Source of the DNA: Eledone cirrhosa
Taxonomy: Eukaryota
Reading direction: 5' to 3'
Length of the DNA stretch: 64,000 nucleotides
Assembly (NCBI GenBank): GCA_964016885.1
Contig: OZ024743.1
Span: 60,264,001 to 60,328,000, forward strand
Numbering within the stretch: the first letter of the stretch is position 1; every line of letters starts with the position of its first letter. Both the position numbers and the translations under genes were made by a program. The notes beneath the pieces are model-generated. The model saw only the letters and a program-made list of their open reading frames with translations. It was not told the DNA's origin and did not search any database. Shown piece by piece: positions 36,750-50,640 of this stretch.

Positions 36750-38255
36750 GACTTTAGCGTATCTAGTTTTGGGATTCCAGGTCTGTCATGAGAAGGACAT
36801 CAAGATTGCTGGGTATATGAATAGTCATCAATCACACAATCATCTTGCCGCAACTGATACAGCCAGTCTTGGGGTGCCAGTTTGGAGGCTTTCCCATTCG
36901 GCAGTCACCACTATCCTCTATTTTACTACATGAGTAGAAGGATGTCGGTGTTGTGGCCAGGCCAGTCTTTGATGTTGTCGGATAAGGATTTTCTTTGTTT
37001 GTCTCTCCTTTTCGCACCCTCGACTGTACCCTGGAGGATGGTTTTGGACAAAGAGAGTTATGGCGAAATACATGACCATACGAAGAATGCTTCTGTCTTT
37101 GAACCATCGCAAGGATTGATTCAACATATTTGTCAATTTGCTACTGGACGAAGCTTTTTGTTTTGTACTCCGTGTCCGGGATGTATGGTAACCTTCTGAC
37201 TGAAGTACCTGCGTTCGAATGACAGGATGTTTTTGCTACATGTCAGCTGCTAGAACCCAGTACTCACGCCCCATACAAACGGATCGAAGTCGCCAAGGAT
37301 TTGTATAGTTTGAGCATCGTTGGAAAACTAATGGAGTTCTTTTCCGTATGAGATTCAGCTTTACCATCGCAGAAGAGGCCTGGGCGAATCTTGTCAGTAT
37401 TTCCTTTTGGTATCTGCCGTCTTTAGTGAAAGGGAATCTTATGAACGTGTCCACGTTTCCAAGACTTCCTCCGTTCAACATGATGTTGGTTGCTATATTC
37501 TGATGATTACTATTAACAAAAATCTTACATTTTTTTTTGTTCTGAGCTGATCTCCATTCCACGTGCTCTTTATACGTTTTAAAGCCTGGTATTGAGATCG
37601 TGAAGTTCTGTTCACTGCTTCCTAAAAGGTCAATGTCATCAGCAAATCGCAGGTTGGCAATGGACCATCCTTCAATAGAAACAAAGGTGTGAAAGTCTTG
37701 GAGTTTCTCTAACATGATGTAATCCAGGAAAAGGTTGAAAAGTACTGGAGAAAAAAAACATCCTTGTCGGACTCCTACTGTTGTCTTGAAGAATCCTCCA
37801 ATGTTGTTATTCAGGAGAACTGCACTGTTTGAGTTCTCATACAATACTTTAATTGCTTGAATGAGGTTGATGTCCAAGTTGTAATACATCATCACCTTCC
37901 ACAAACCCTCATGCAAATCATGGTCAAAGGCCTTATTAAAATCGATGAACTTATGTTAGAGGTAAGATTGATGTTGTAGGTAAGCAGTTTATATGGTGTC
38001 AGTAAGCAGTCCGATAGTGATTAAATATCTGCTCTGTTGTACGTCTTTTGGGTCTGAATCCTGCCTCCTCTTACGCCAGGATTTCGTCTGCATTTCCCTT
38101 AAGTTTGTTTAAAAGATTTCTTGGCAGAACGTTGCTGGGGCGGCTAGTTATGCTGATTGTTCCGTAGTTTTGTAGTTTCGTTTAGGGGGGGGGGATGGGT
38201 ATAATCAGTGATTGGGTTCACTCCTTTGGCCACTTCTTTATTTCACATATCTTGT
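36750..38255 (-). mobile_element. RTE (BovB-like) LINE RT remnant
   Basis: FIDFNKAFD, FKTTVGVRQGCFFSPVLFNLFL, NLRFADDIDLL, YGHVFRHNSL. Frameshifted. Confidence 0.88.
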
Positions 38256-38752
38256 GATAGGAAAGATCAGTGCGCTCACTTACACAAACTAGAAGATTTG
38301 CGTGTTGATACTTAAGTGAAATTATACAAACTGGAAGATTTGCGTTTTGATACGTAAACGAAACGTCTGATAGTGATTAAAGATAACAATATATTAATAA
38401 TATGTATCTAGTATATAATTATATAAATGTTCAGCATATATGACCAAATGAAATACAGGATTAAATGTATATCGAGCTTTGAAGAAATAACTATCAACTA
38501 TTTAGAGCTAGAACACTGGAACTGCTGTCTGGAAAATGAACTTTATATTGCAGTTACTTGACTATATAGGAAATCCATGCTGTGTGTGTGCGTATATGTT
38601 CTTGGATGTAATGTTAAATAATTTCAGAGACACACAAATTAGTATATATAGAAACAATCATGATGTATGATTATGAGCTCTCTTGTTGTATCTCTCTCTC
38701 TCTGTCTCTCACCTATCACTCTCTCTCACCCTATTACTCTCTCACTGTCTCT

Positions 38753-38807
<55 letters not shown>

Positions 38808-38869
38808 TGCACATACATACATATATATATATATACACATACATACACGCACATATATATATATATATG

Positions 38870-38946
<77 letters not shown>

Positions 38947-39391
38947 GTATGTGTGTGTGTGTATGTGTGTGTGTGTGTGTATGTTTATGTGCGTGTGTGT
39001 GTATGTATGTATATATATGTATATATATATATATTTATATAAAGGCAAGACGTATAAGCAAACACAAAAATTGCGTGAGTGAACCAAAGTAATGCCGTGA
39101 TTCATCAGAAAATATGACAAATTTACTGCCTTAATATTATCATATGCATGTTATTAATTCATTATAAAATGCTCATTAAGCACAAACTCATTAAATTTCC
39201 TTCACTTCATTTCATCTGCCTACATTGATACATGCAGAAAGAACATAAATTCACTTCTGCTTTCTCTCGATTGACATATAGCAAGACTAATGCCACAATA
39301 ATGGAACAAACGGCTATCGTTTTATTACGTTCACGCTGAAATCCCAAACAAAATTCGAATCATCTTCTCTTTCAATCATAGTAAAATAACC

Positions 39392-39477
39392 CTGAGTTAA
39401 TTCTAGACTGAAACATGTAATGAGTTAATTCTAGATTGAAACATGTAATGAGTTAATTCTAGACTGAAACATGTAAT
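39392..39477. repeat. 3 x 28-bp tandem repeat
   Basis: tgagttaattctagactgaaacatgtaa x3. Confidence 0.9.
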
Positions 39478-41241
39478 AAAATAACCGTATATAATGTCAT
39501 GACTAATGAATGTAACACGTTCAGGCGTTTTACAGTCTGTGAGTAGGAAATTTAAGAAAACACGTTTCAGTTTAATTATGTTTGGAAATGGTGTCAGATT
39601 TGTGGCTCTGTGTCTGGTTTTGTTAGTGGGAGCATTTTTCTTCGGGGTGCCTCCTTTTTAGGAGTGTGCTTATTTGTTAGGAGAGCAAAAATAAAATTTG
39701 AAGTTCACAGTTATGCAGTTTTTGCTGGCTACTTACAGGGTTTCGTCTTATATGATGTTTTCCGGGTGTTTTAATGATAGGGACTACAGTTCTATCATGA
39801 AAAGCAGCCTGAAATGAAGCTACTCAAAAACGCAACGCACCGGTCGCTCCACGAATCAAATCCATGACCTTATGATCATCACACTAACAACTTTTCAATG
39901 GAAGTAAAGGAAGATGGAATCTTCCCTTAAACCTTAAATAAAATCTGAAGTTTTGCACCGCTGTTGGTGTTAGTTTGGATGTCGCATTAACTTGACTACC
40001 AATGTAGGCTACATCGGGATTTAAACTTCGAAATTAAAGAACCGAACTAAATGTGACAAGGCATGATGCCCTAACAATTCCACAAATCTGCTTCTTTGAA
40101 ATCTATTTTACTTTATTTTATCGACACATAAATCATTAAAGATAAAGCTAACATCAATGGAATTTCCATTCAGAAATCAGAAAGCCTGAAGAAATACTGC
40201 ACGTCATTTGTCCAACGCTTCAACAACTTTGCCAGTTTGCCACCGTTTTAAATGTTGATATTATTGCAAAGAAGAATGCGTTTAACCCAAACTTTAATTA
40301 TTAATTGTTAACCTTATTAATATCAACTATGATCCGAAATAAATTAACTTATATGCTGTTTCATATATTGCCTTCTTCATACTTTCGCTTGAAGTGGATA
40401 AGATGTTTGGCCCACAATCATGTTTCTTTTATGGCGATGCAAACTTTTCTTGAGCAAGACATTTTATTTCACTCGCCTCCAGTTCATTAATGAATAATGA
40501 AACTTCAATTCTGAATCCACATATATTAGTTCACTTTACATTTCAATAATCTATGTAAAAATAAAAATTCTATGGAAAAATATATATTTCTATTTAAAGG
40601 GCCTTGTCACGCTGAATTTCCATAAAATATACGTTCAGTGTACATGTTCTATGACATTCTAAGATACCGGTTCTTTAATTTCACGAGCAGACTATATCTT
40701 TGTTCGAATAACTGGAACACTCGTTGTCGGAATCGACGGAGTTACAACACACACACATTCACCTTCTAGCATTCACCTTTTTGTCTTGAAGTATTGAATT
40801 CGGAATTATAGTTTTTCCTCTGTTCTCATAAGTTTGGTTAGATATCTGATATGGTTACATATACATAGATAATATTGAAACACAAATGATAAGGGGTAAA
40901 ACCTGCTAGGAATTCAACTCCTTATATTTTATGTATGATATATAATGAATGATGTATAGAGACATTTGTATATAAATCCGTATAGCAAATAGTTATTTAG
41001 ACTCTGTAGGTTTCACGTATCTCTATCACTCCTGTCCATGAATTCATTTAAAGACAAAGAAACACGAAAACAAGAAACAGTTAGAAACATCCACAAGCAC
41101 GAATATGTGATACGTGGGTATTTACAAATTCTGCAAGTGACATTTGTATATTAATTACAGATTCGCATACACATGTAAGAATATACATACTTATATCTGT
41201 GTGCGTGTGTGCTTGTATACTTACATACACGCACATATATG

Positions 41242-41297
<56 letters not shown>

Positions 41298-41353
41298 TAT
41301 ATATATATATGTACATATATATATATATGTACATATATATATATATATATATA

Positions 41354-41406
<53 letters not shown>

Positions 41407-41474
41407 ACATTTATATATATATATAGATACACACACATATATACACATATACATATATATACATACACACACAA

Positions 41475-41531
<57 letters not shown>

Positions 41532-41918
41532 AGAGAGAGAGAGAGACAGATTGTCACGCGTTTGCAACGAGGATATATATCATACAAGTATCGCCGCAGG
41601 CACGGACACATACACATACACTCCTACACACCCTGCGTAACAGATGTATATACTAATAATCATATACAAAAATAGCACCGATTCTACTATACATGCTACC
41701 GCATATATAAAGCCAGTGTGACATGTTTTTTAATGATCATTTTTCATGACCTCAAAGGCTATATGTCTTGTTGGAATGAATGTTGTAAAATAGGCGTATA
41801 GTGTGAATACAGAAAGGCTCACATACAGATATACATACATATGTATGTATGTCTGTGTTAATATATATATATATATATATGTTGAGGCCAATAAACCTGT
41901 TTGCTAATATATTGCATA

Positions 41919-42011
<93 letters not shown>

Positions 42012-42153
42012 CTGTGTCTGTGTGTATTCAATTCATATATATATGTATATATATATATATGTGTGTGTGTATTCATATATATATATGCATATATATATAT
42101 ATATTCAAATATATATATATATGTATATATGTATATATATATACATATATATA

Positions 42154-42221
<68 letters not shown>

Positions 42222-42572
42222 GATACAGAAGTAACGGATTTAACATTGTCACACTTGTTTCCAAATGACGTTAGACAATAAGCTACTCTATTTATGATAT
42301 TTCCATACAACGAACAGTATATGATTCCATGTGTATATCATGCACAACATCGTAATATCCCAATCATTACGACCCGATCTTCTTCCCATGGCTCCGCGAA
42401 TTAGACATGTGTATAAGCGCATACATATATATAAAATCTGATGAGGAGATTGGGCTGGAATCAGGTCTATAAAATTAACATCGATCCTGAGACTCCCATC
42501 TGTAAAAAATATGTCGTAATAGTGCATAATATATAAAGACCTCGTTTGTGTGAAACCTTGTTTTATTCTTTA

Positions 42573-42666
<94 letters not shown>

Positions 42667-42667
<1 letters not shown>

Positions 42668-43200
42668 TACGGGTCACAGATGTTTCAGCGAATTATAGAC
42701 AGTACATCTATCCATAGCGCACCCATAACTTTTTATCTATCAAAAAGCTATGAGGGAAAGAATCGATAGCGAAGAGAGCGAAAGAAAGAAAAGGAGAGAA
42801 AGAACGGAAAAAAGAAAGAAAACATACCAATAGAAGGGGAAACACAGGTCAATGACACATGTAACTAGGTAACCGAGAGGAAAGAGAGGACGAAGTTAAA
42901 AAAAGGCAGTTGGGTTTAAGCTGATGGGCCCTATTAACGGCGGAGAGATGATAGAAACGCCTCTATTCTCAGTGAAAGCTGGCGCAAAGAGAGAGAAAAC
43001 GGAAGAAGCGGAAGTGGTAAGGAGGCAGAGAGAAAGGTAGAAAGACAGGGGGGATGAGTTTTTTGATAGATAAAAGGCTTGGGCGCGCTACGGATAGATG
43101 CATTGTCTATAATGCTCTGAAACATCTGTGACTCGTAGTAGACAACTGGTGAAAGGAAAATATCCATCTTTCGTTTGTGTCGGTTTACTTTCTAACCCTA
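42667..43200. repeat. Non-coding insert between (TA)n tracts with ~80-bp inverted arms
   Basis: 42668-42748 approximates the reverse complement of 43058-43138. Confidence 0.75.
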
Positions 43201-43215
43201 TATATATATATACTG

Positions 43216-43260
<45 letters not shown>

Positions 43261-44464
43261 TATGATTTTGCAATGCTATCGGCTACATTACACGAATCAG
43301 TACGTCGGACTTGGCTAAACACATTTGTTTCAACTATGATGTCTCTATAATCTTGCTAGTCACTTAAGCTCTGAAAGAACGTGAACACATGCATCGTCAA
43401 ATCTTGAATTGCCGTTGATAAGTTGACTCCGATTTGAAAATCACAGCTCTCTAAGCCAAACAAATTTAAATTCTTTCAAGGGACAATGGACTCAGTGTTG
43501 CTGTATCGGAGTACTACCAGGACACTCAATAAGCGGCTCGAAAAGAAGCTAGATGTCATATACCCAAGAATGACCAGAACTGCTCAGAACTGCTCTAAAT
43601 AGATCCAGGAATTAGCATGTTTCATAAAAGCAACACTACGGCCATCTACTTTATTTTATCGACCCCGTAAGAATGAAAAGAAAAGCTAACGTCAACCAGA
43701 TTTGAACTCATAACTTCATTGTTCCTTGAAAGAATTGACATGTTTTTTATTAAATCTATGCCGTAAACCATGTTGTCCGACGCTCTACCGTTACAACTAT
43801 TGTACAATGTAATAAATAATAATCCATCTACGGGTTCAATTAGAATATATCAGCATTGCATTAGTTTCTACAACTGACGAAATATTTAAAGTAGTATTGG
43901 TTAAAAGGTTTCACCATTTCAGTATTATTCCAATATATTTTGGGCTTGAAACAAAGGTAGATAATAGACAAAATTTCCCCACGTATTAACTTTGCTTAAT
44001 TTGCTTCATCAGTGAGTTAAAAATGCAAGAATCTACATAAATTATTTTTCAGCCTGATAACTAGTATATGGATTTACTTACAACTGCTGGAATCTTACTA
44101 AAATGATATATTTATGTATATAAGTATATGTGTGCATGTATATATAGGTGTATGTATATATGGGTGCATATATTTGGGGAGGGTAATATTGTTATAATAT
44201 TTCCAAAAATAATAACAGATCACACTCACTTTTTGGTTTGGGTTGGTTTTCGCTTCTGTATCTTTTATATCTCCATACTTAATTTATTTGGCAATCAATG
44301 TTTAGCATTGATTGACCAACGGTTAAAAATACAGATATAAATATATATATATATATAGTCTATCAAAGTTCTTTCGTGACATCATTAGTGGTACTATTAT
44401 GTTTCCCCCCGTTGTATTGTAAAGCCTACGCCATTTTTATTTAATTTATTTGTATATAAATATA

Positions 44465-44511
<47 letters not shown>

Positions 44512-44515
<4 letters not shown>

Positions 44516-45033
44516 AATTAGTATATCTACTAACATATATATACAGATGCATACCTATGCCAGCAAATATATAGGTTTTGTCTTAGTAACTTTGTTGTTC
44601 AATGCATGGGGATGCAGACAATAATATGAGAGACGTAAAATAAGAAAATTATAAAAATTAACTTACTTACTAAAATTTCACTCCAACTAATTAGTTTCTG
44701 AAAGGGAATAAACATATTTTCCGAAGAAACGTACGGAGAAGCCTTTCGTCATCAGGGAAGTCTAATCTCAGCTAAGTTTCCAGGCAATACGTGGACACAG
44801 GGAACTTATACAAAAATAATTCAGTGGATGGAAAAAAGCAAAGCGTGGAATTAAGTTCCAAGCCATTGAAAAAATCACTGCCTACTGCGGCGGTGGCAAA
44901 TTCAAAAGAATCAATCACGTGACATCGAGGTCAAACGTTTCTTCGGAAACTATGTTTATTCCCTTTCAGAAACTAATTAGTTGGAGTGAAATTTTAGTAA
45001 GTAAGTTAATTTTTATCATTTTCTTATTTTACG

Positions 45034-45040
<7 letters not shown>
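44512..45040 (-). mobile_element. HHR element family B, second diverged copy in a different permutation, with fold-back
   Basis: Homologous to 21015-21150 followed by 20578-20900. 44933-45040 is an inverted copy of 44625-44732. (TA)n on both sides. Confidence 0.8.
44681..44759 (-). ncRNA. Type I hammerhead ribozyme with extended stem II (family B)
   Basis: ttcc-CTGATGA-c-gaaagg...ccg..cgg...cctttc-a-GAAAC-taatta-GTT-ggag. Confidence 0.8.
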
Positions 45041-45095
<55 letters not shown>

Positions 45096-45482
45096 ACAAA
45101 AAGTTATCGAATATTAATAATAATATTCGATTCGTTTCATATGCTAATCGGGCTGATCTGCTAATATCCAGAACTAACTGATCAGCCAGTCTGCTAATAT
45201 GCAAATCAGGCCGATCCGTCACTGTATATTTTAGGAAATATCATATATGTTCACTAACTCTGACAGTTGGTAGGTGAACAGTAAACTGCACTGGTGAAGG
45301 GTGATCACCCCAAAACATTTGTATCTTTCAGTTCTGTTTACATGCCAACACAGGTGTAAGGATGAGGGGCTCATTCTACTGACATGGCTTAAAAGAGGCT
45401 GTTTGCATAATTGCAAACGAATCGAATATTATTATTAATATTTGAAAAACTCAGATTATATATATATATAGAAATAAAATAC

Positions 45483-46396
45483 AGAGGTACTAACTCATAT
45501 TGATAACATGCAATTATCAAGCTCAAATTATGAATACTGATCATTATATAATCATATATGTAGAAATAAACACAGTAAATATATATACAGACCGTCTCAA
45601 TAACTATTTCATCTCTCGGACAGATTAGAAATTTAATCTGTTTCGCCCTGAAAATTGTGTTTGTAAAAGATAATCCGTAGGCTATGCTCAGCCTGAGACA
45701 AGATTAAATGAACAAGCACATACAACTAAAAGTCACACGAATGAATATCTCAGCTCGTGCGTTGGACGTTAGAATAGGTGTGAGTGGATATGCTAAAAAC
45801 AATAGCCTTAATACACCCAACTTATAAGCTCACCTAGTTAGGGAGCCGAAATGAGACGGTCTGTATATATATTCTATATCTTCCGTTTGCTTCAGGTTAA
45901 ATTTATCAAACCAATGTGGTACTTCTACCCTCGTAATTTTTTGACACACAATTTACTGTTTTTATTTCTACATATATTATTATATAATGCTCATTATTCA
46001 TACTTTGAGCTTGTTAATTGCAGGGTATCAATATGAGTTAGTAACTCCCTAACTAGGTGAGCTTATAAGTTGGGTGTATTAAGGCTATTGTTTTTAGCAT
46101 ATCCACTCACACCTATTCTAACGTCCAGCACGAGGTGAGATATTCATTCGTGTGGCATTTAGTTGCATGTGCCTGTTCCATTTAATCTTGTCTCTCGCTG
46201 AGGATAGCCTACGGATTATCTGTTACAAACACAATTTTCAGGGCGAAACAGATTAAAACTCTAATCGGTCCGAGAGATGAAATAGTTATTGAGACGGTCT
46301 GTATATATATTCTATATCTTCTGTTTGCTTCAGGTTAAATTTATCAAACCAATGTGGTACTTCTACCCTTGTAATTTTAGATACACAATTTACCGT

Positions 46397-46400
<4 letters not shown>
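45483..46400. mobile_element. Non-coding HHR element family C: 438-bp unit, 1.25 tandem copies (+) plus an inverted permuted copy (-)
   Basis: tgagacggtctgtatatat at 45852 and 46290. 45578-45845 is the reverse complement of 46045-46310. 45483-45580 is the reverse complement of ~45950-46047. Confidence 0.8.
46191..46277 (+). ncRNA. Type I hammerhead ribozyme (family C) with long stems I and III
   Basis: tctctcg-CTGAGGA-tagcc...gggc-GAAAC-agatta-aaactc-taatcg-GTC-cgagaga, 7-bp perfect stem I. The antisense copy (~45613-45699) has a perfect stem III acagatta/taatctgt. Confidence 0.85.
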
Positions 46401-46489
<89 letters not shown>

Positions 46490-46794
46490 AATAAACACAC
46501 GCGCACACGTATTTATGTGTTTGTGTATTCATATATGCATGCATATCTGGATGTGGATATTTATACAAACACATACACATAAATTATATATATATATATA
46601 TATATTATATGCGTGTGTGTGTGTGTTCGTGGGGTTTTATGATTTAGCAGTAACTGAATTTATATTGTGTGAATAAGAAGAACATTGGTTTCCAAATGAC
46701 GTTAGACATGAAACTATTGTAGCCATAGCGTTTCCATCGATGTAGTGTGTTCTCAGTGTATATGTTATGGGTAACCTACTAATCTATAGTGAAT

Positions 46795-47150
46795 GCAGTA
46801 ATACTGAATGCTTAAGTAGTTTGCTTCGCAATTATTAGTTCCTGAGTTCTTTCCACTGTGAGGCATCCTGGGCAAAGGTTATTTTCTGTAATTTTACGTT
46901 GACCCATGTCTTGTCAGTGAAATTAAATCCATCGAATTTATTTGGAGGACCATCGGATGGACTGTGTATGTACGGTAGAGAGACAGTTTTATCACGCATT
47001 CTGTCCTGCTGAATTTCCTTGTATTAACGTTAATGGTACATGTGAGCGTGCGTGCGTGGAATGCTCAGACATTCATTTATTTCATGAGCTGGCTTTTCTG
47101 TTGATCAAACCACTGCAACGTACATCTTCGAAACTGAGGATGGTCCTTTC
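46795..47150 (+). mobile_element. Old tRNA/CORE-like SINE of a second family (degenerate relatives ~16210-16350, 15255-15390)
   Basis: gtagtttgcttcgcaa...gagttc...ctgggcaa...cccatgtcttgtcagtgaaatt arrangement, heavily diverged. Confidence 0.5.
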
Positions 47151-47179
47151 CATGCCTCAAACTTTTGATATTGATGTTT

Positions 47180-47755
47180 ACTAGGTAGAGATGTAGTTTG
47201 GTATGTTGATAGATGAGTTGGTAGGTCGGGAGATAGGTAACTAGGCAAATAGATAGGTAGATAGGTTGGTACGTAGATTGGTAGATATGTAGGTAGATAT
47301 GTAGGTAGATATGTTGATAGATGTGTAGGTTAGTAGGTAGGTAGATAGTTTGGTTAGTATGTAGGTAGGTTGGTAATTACGTAGGTAGGTAGGTACGTAG
47401 CTAGCTATCTAACTAGGTAGTTTGGCAGGTAGGTAGGTAGTTATGTATGTTGGTTGGTTGGTAGGTAATACGTAGATTGGTAGATATGAACGTAGGTATG
47501 TTGGGAGGCAGGTAGGAATCTAGCTAGCTGACTGAGTTGGTAAAGGGGGGGGGGCTAGTTTGCTAGATAGATTGATAGGTTGTTAGGTAGTTTAGTAGTA
47601 CGTTGTTAGGTGGATAGATAGGTAGGCAGTTTGCTAAGTAAATTGGTAGATAGCTAGATAGGTAAGTTGGTATGTACATAGTTTGGTAGGTTAGCATGTC
47701 AGTAGGTAGATAGTTTGGTAGGTAGGTCGGTTGCTTACTAGATATGTAGATAGCA
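47180..47755. repeat. Degenerate (GGTA)/(GATA)n tetranucleotide tract
   Basis: Directly visible. Confidence 0.9.
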
Positions 47756-49926
47756 AGTCATCCTTCGGATATGACTGATCATGAAAAGATCCAAGGCAAG
47801 CTGTTTTGCAGAAGAAACCATGTGGCCACTGCATGCTACTCTTAAATCTGCATGCCACCAATGTTTTCGAATGGAATGCCAAATTCTGATGGAGCTTTGT
47901 ATCAGTGTTTGTCGCAACCACTTTTCCAATTTAGTTGCTTGGACCAACCTGAAAGAATGTCTTCCACAAGGGAAAATCGCAAAAGAATCGAACTCATGAT
48001 CATGAACTCAACACCCTAGCACCTAGCTCGAAGCTAATGTTTATTATAATGATCAGAAATGTTCATAAATCCGTAATTACATGAAATGACAACCATGTAA
48101 GTGTTTACATTTAAATGCCCTAAACAATACAAAAGTATGTTTAAAGGATGCTTTGAATATAAAACACAATCCTCACCCTCCGGATTCATATTGTTCTTAT
48201 GATCTCATGCCACTTTCATTAAAGAATTTGTTGTAGTTTCATTATGGCTAAAATATCATCCGATCTCACTCTTACATCTTATCATTCCTCCGTTTATAAA
48301 ATACCTTAGTACCTAAGAATAACAACTAGAATATGAATGTAAATTTGAAGTTAGATATCATTATGTGTATTCAGAATTGGGGGACTGAACCACTTGTCTA
48401 ATACAAACAGTCTGTTTATTTACAAACAGCTAAACGTCGTGTAAACATTACCATTAGTAGGGTTATTTCAAGTAAATATTTGGTGGTTTGCGTAAAATCT
48501 CGCTAACTGACTATATTACCAGACAGCTTTGCTATTTTAATGTAAGCTATATGGATTCTGTCACACTAGCTTGGCCGAAATAAGGGATCAATGATAAATT
48601 ATTTCTGTCTGTACGTCTATTAGTTGCTTCAAGCTGCTACTTTTGTGTCTACATCTAATGATGTTATCAAACGAGTTGAACGTGGGGGTTCGCTTGTCAC
48701 CTTACATTAGCAAACAGGTTACGCAGATTTGTCCATACTTAGTATGAAGTGTTAGCATGATTGAAGAGGATGATAAATATGAGATTAAGTTTCATCTTTA
48801 CGTTATACCTGAAGAGAAATGTAAATTTAGAAATAAACATCTAGATAAATTTGACGAAATCTGTCCGCTTTTTTTCTTTTATTAGCGTTCTTGCTGTTTT
48901 GTAGATCCATATCAGCTTTAATCATGCATTGCTTTTGTGAGGGATGGGTTCATAGATTGTATGTTATTTTGCTCAATTTTATTTCAACTTTAATTAGCCT
49001 GCCTTGTTTTACTGGTATAGTGCATCTCGGACTACATTACACAATTATTAAGACAATAGGTGAGGATTTGTCTGATTTTCTAGCAGATAGAGCAATTGCA
49101 TCACAACTTCGCAAATACTCAGTTAGCGTGAAATTACACAGATATACCATTCGCATGGAAAACAATGATTTACGTGGACATGAAAGGTCAATAAATATAC
49201 CCATACAACAAGGAAATACTATTATTTTAGTAAGTAAGAAAGCCAACTCAGAAAATCACAATTTTGTACGCCAACCACTTTAGAATCTTTTATATTTACT
49301 AACTAATTGTCCTATTATTTATCTGAAAATTATACTGGAGTATCAATGCTTGACTTTGCTAATGACGATTTAGGATCTGGAGCTGCCTCCGACTATTACA
49401 GACTCGCTGGTTGCTGACGAGAAAAATATCAACCCATCTGACTCAGCCACAATGGCTGCAAGACAAATTTTGTTCTGGTTCAGTGTTGCTGGGTTTCGTA
49501 TATTTGTTTCCATTTGTTCTCTAACTCATCTCACCGTGCATTGACAATGAAGAAACCAACTGGTCAATGATGTGTCGCCAGGTCATGCAACCAGAGGCTA
49601 TATGAGACCACTGTTGATGGTCAATATTGTATGCTCCTGAGAGTCCTTGTAACATTTTCTCCTGTGCAACCATGAAACGTTGGAGAGTGGAAATTTAGTC
49701 ATACAGTGAAATATTGGGGAAGACAATGATGTTCATCTTGGAATCATATACTACCCATCGATGCTGGATCATAATTGCATAGTCTCCATATTCCTTCTAA
49801 TGAGTTCGGTGCTGGTAATGAATTTTCTCCATGTTGAGGATGCTGCGAAAATAGCACTAAAATATCTTTCTCTGGGAAGATTATAATACCAAAATATGTT
49901 ACAAATTGATGAAATATTTTGAATAT

Positions 49927-50640
49927 TAGGATGCGAGGAGTATTTGAGGAGATTTAATTGCCAGTATATTATTCCCTTCAAACTAATTGAAATTATTTTA
50001 TTCCTCTCGGATTCTTCATACATAAAATATGTATTCAACATAAAATGCTACACATTGAATGAAAAGACATTCAGCTATAGTAGCAATATGCGCTGAACTA
50101 AGCGATTTAGAAATTGCCAAATTTCTAAATACCCCAGTATATTTTGTATACAACGTTTGGATGAAATTCGTAGCATCTGCCTCAAAGAGAAAACCAACAT
50201 TCTAAGAGTTCGGGCACTATAAGTAGAACCGTAATTCTTTCAACAAGTCAAAAACTGTATTGATGATGTTCCCGAATAATCAATAAGAGGCATCGCAAAA
50301 GAGCATCAGGTGGTCTATAATACATATTAAAGAGAAGCTAATACATGTCTATAAAATACAATATTTAACAAGGTTAAATTCGCCCACGACGATAGCATGT
50401 TTTGTTTTCCTTTTGGTTTTTCTCTGGTGAGAAACACTTTGACAATGGCCAAAAGTCTAAAAGAAGATTCGTTCCCTTATTGAAGCAGCCATCGATGCTA
50501 AACGCACATTCATAGAATAAACTTATAAAGTAATTTAACTGAAACATGTGCACACATTCTTATTAATGTAAATATAGTTTTTACATTAGATTTATTTTAT
50601 TAAATTTCTAAATATGTACTCAAATACACCTCGCATCTTA
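49927..50640 (+). mobile_element. Non-autonomous Tc1/mariner deletion derivative
   Basis: 22-bp TIRs taggatgcgaggagtatttgag (49927) / ctcaaatacacctcgcatctta (50619). Remnants KRHSAIVAICAELSDLEIAKFLN and C-terminal IEAAIDAK..FIE*. Confidence 0.75.

Noticed and set aside
38660-42281. Many ORFs of [12 protein letters not shown] type (also 8.6-9.1k, 17k, 36.5k, 53.6-54.6k, 60.1-60.4k)
   Set aside because: Translations of (TA)n/(CA)n/(GT)n microsatellites, which lack stop codons. Not genes.
48000-49500. Possible host exons in non-repetitive stretches (also 39.1-40.9k, 63-64k)
   Set aside because: No ORF with recognisable homology. Small exons cannot be excluded by eye.
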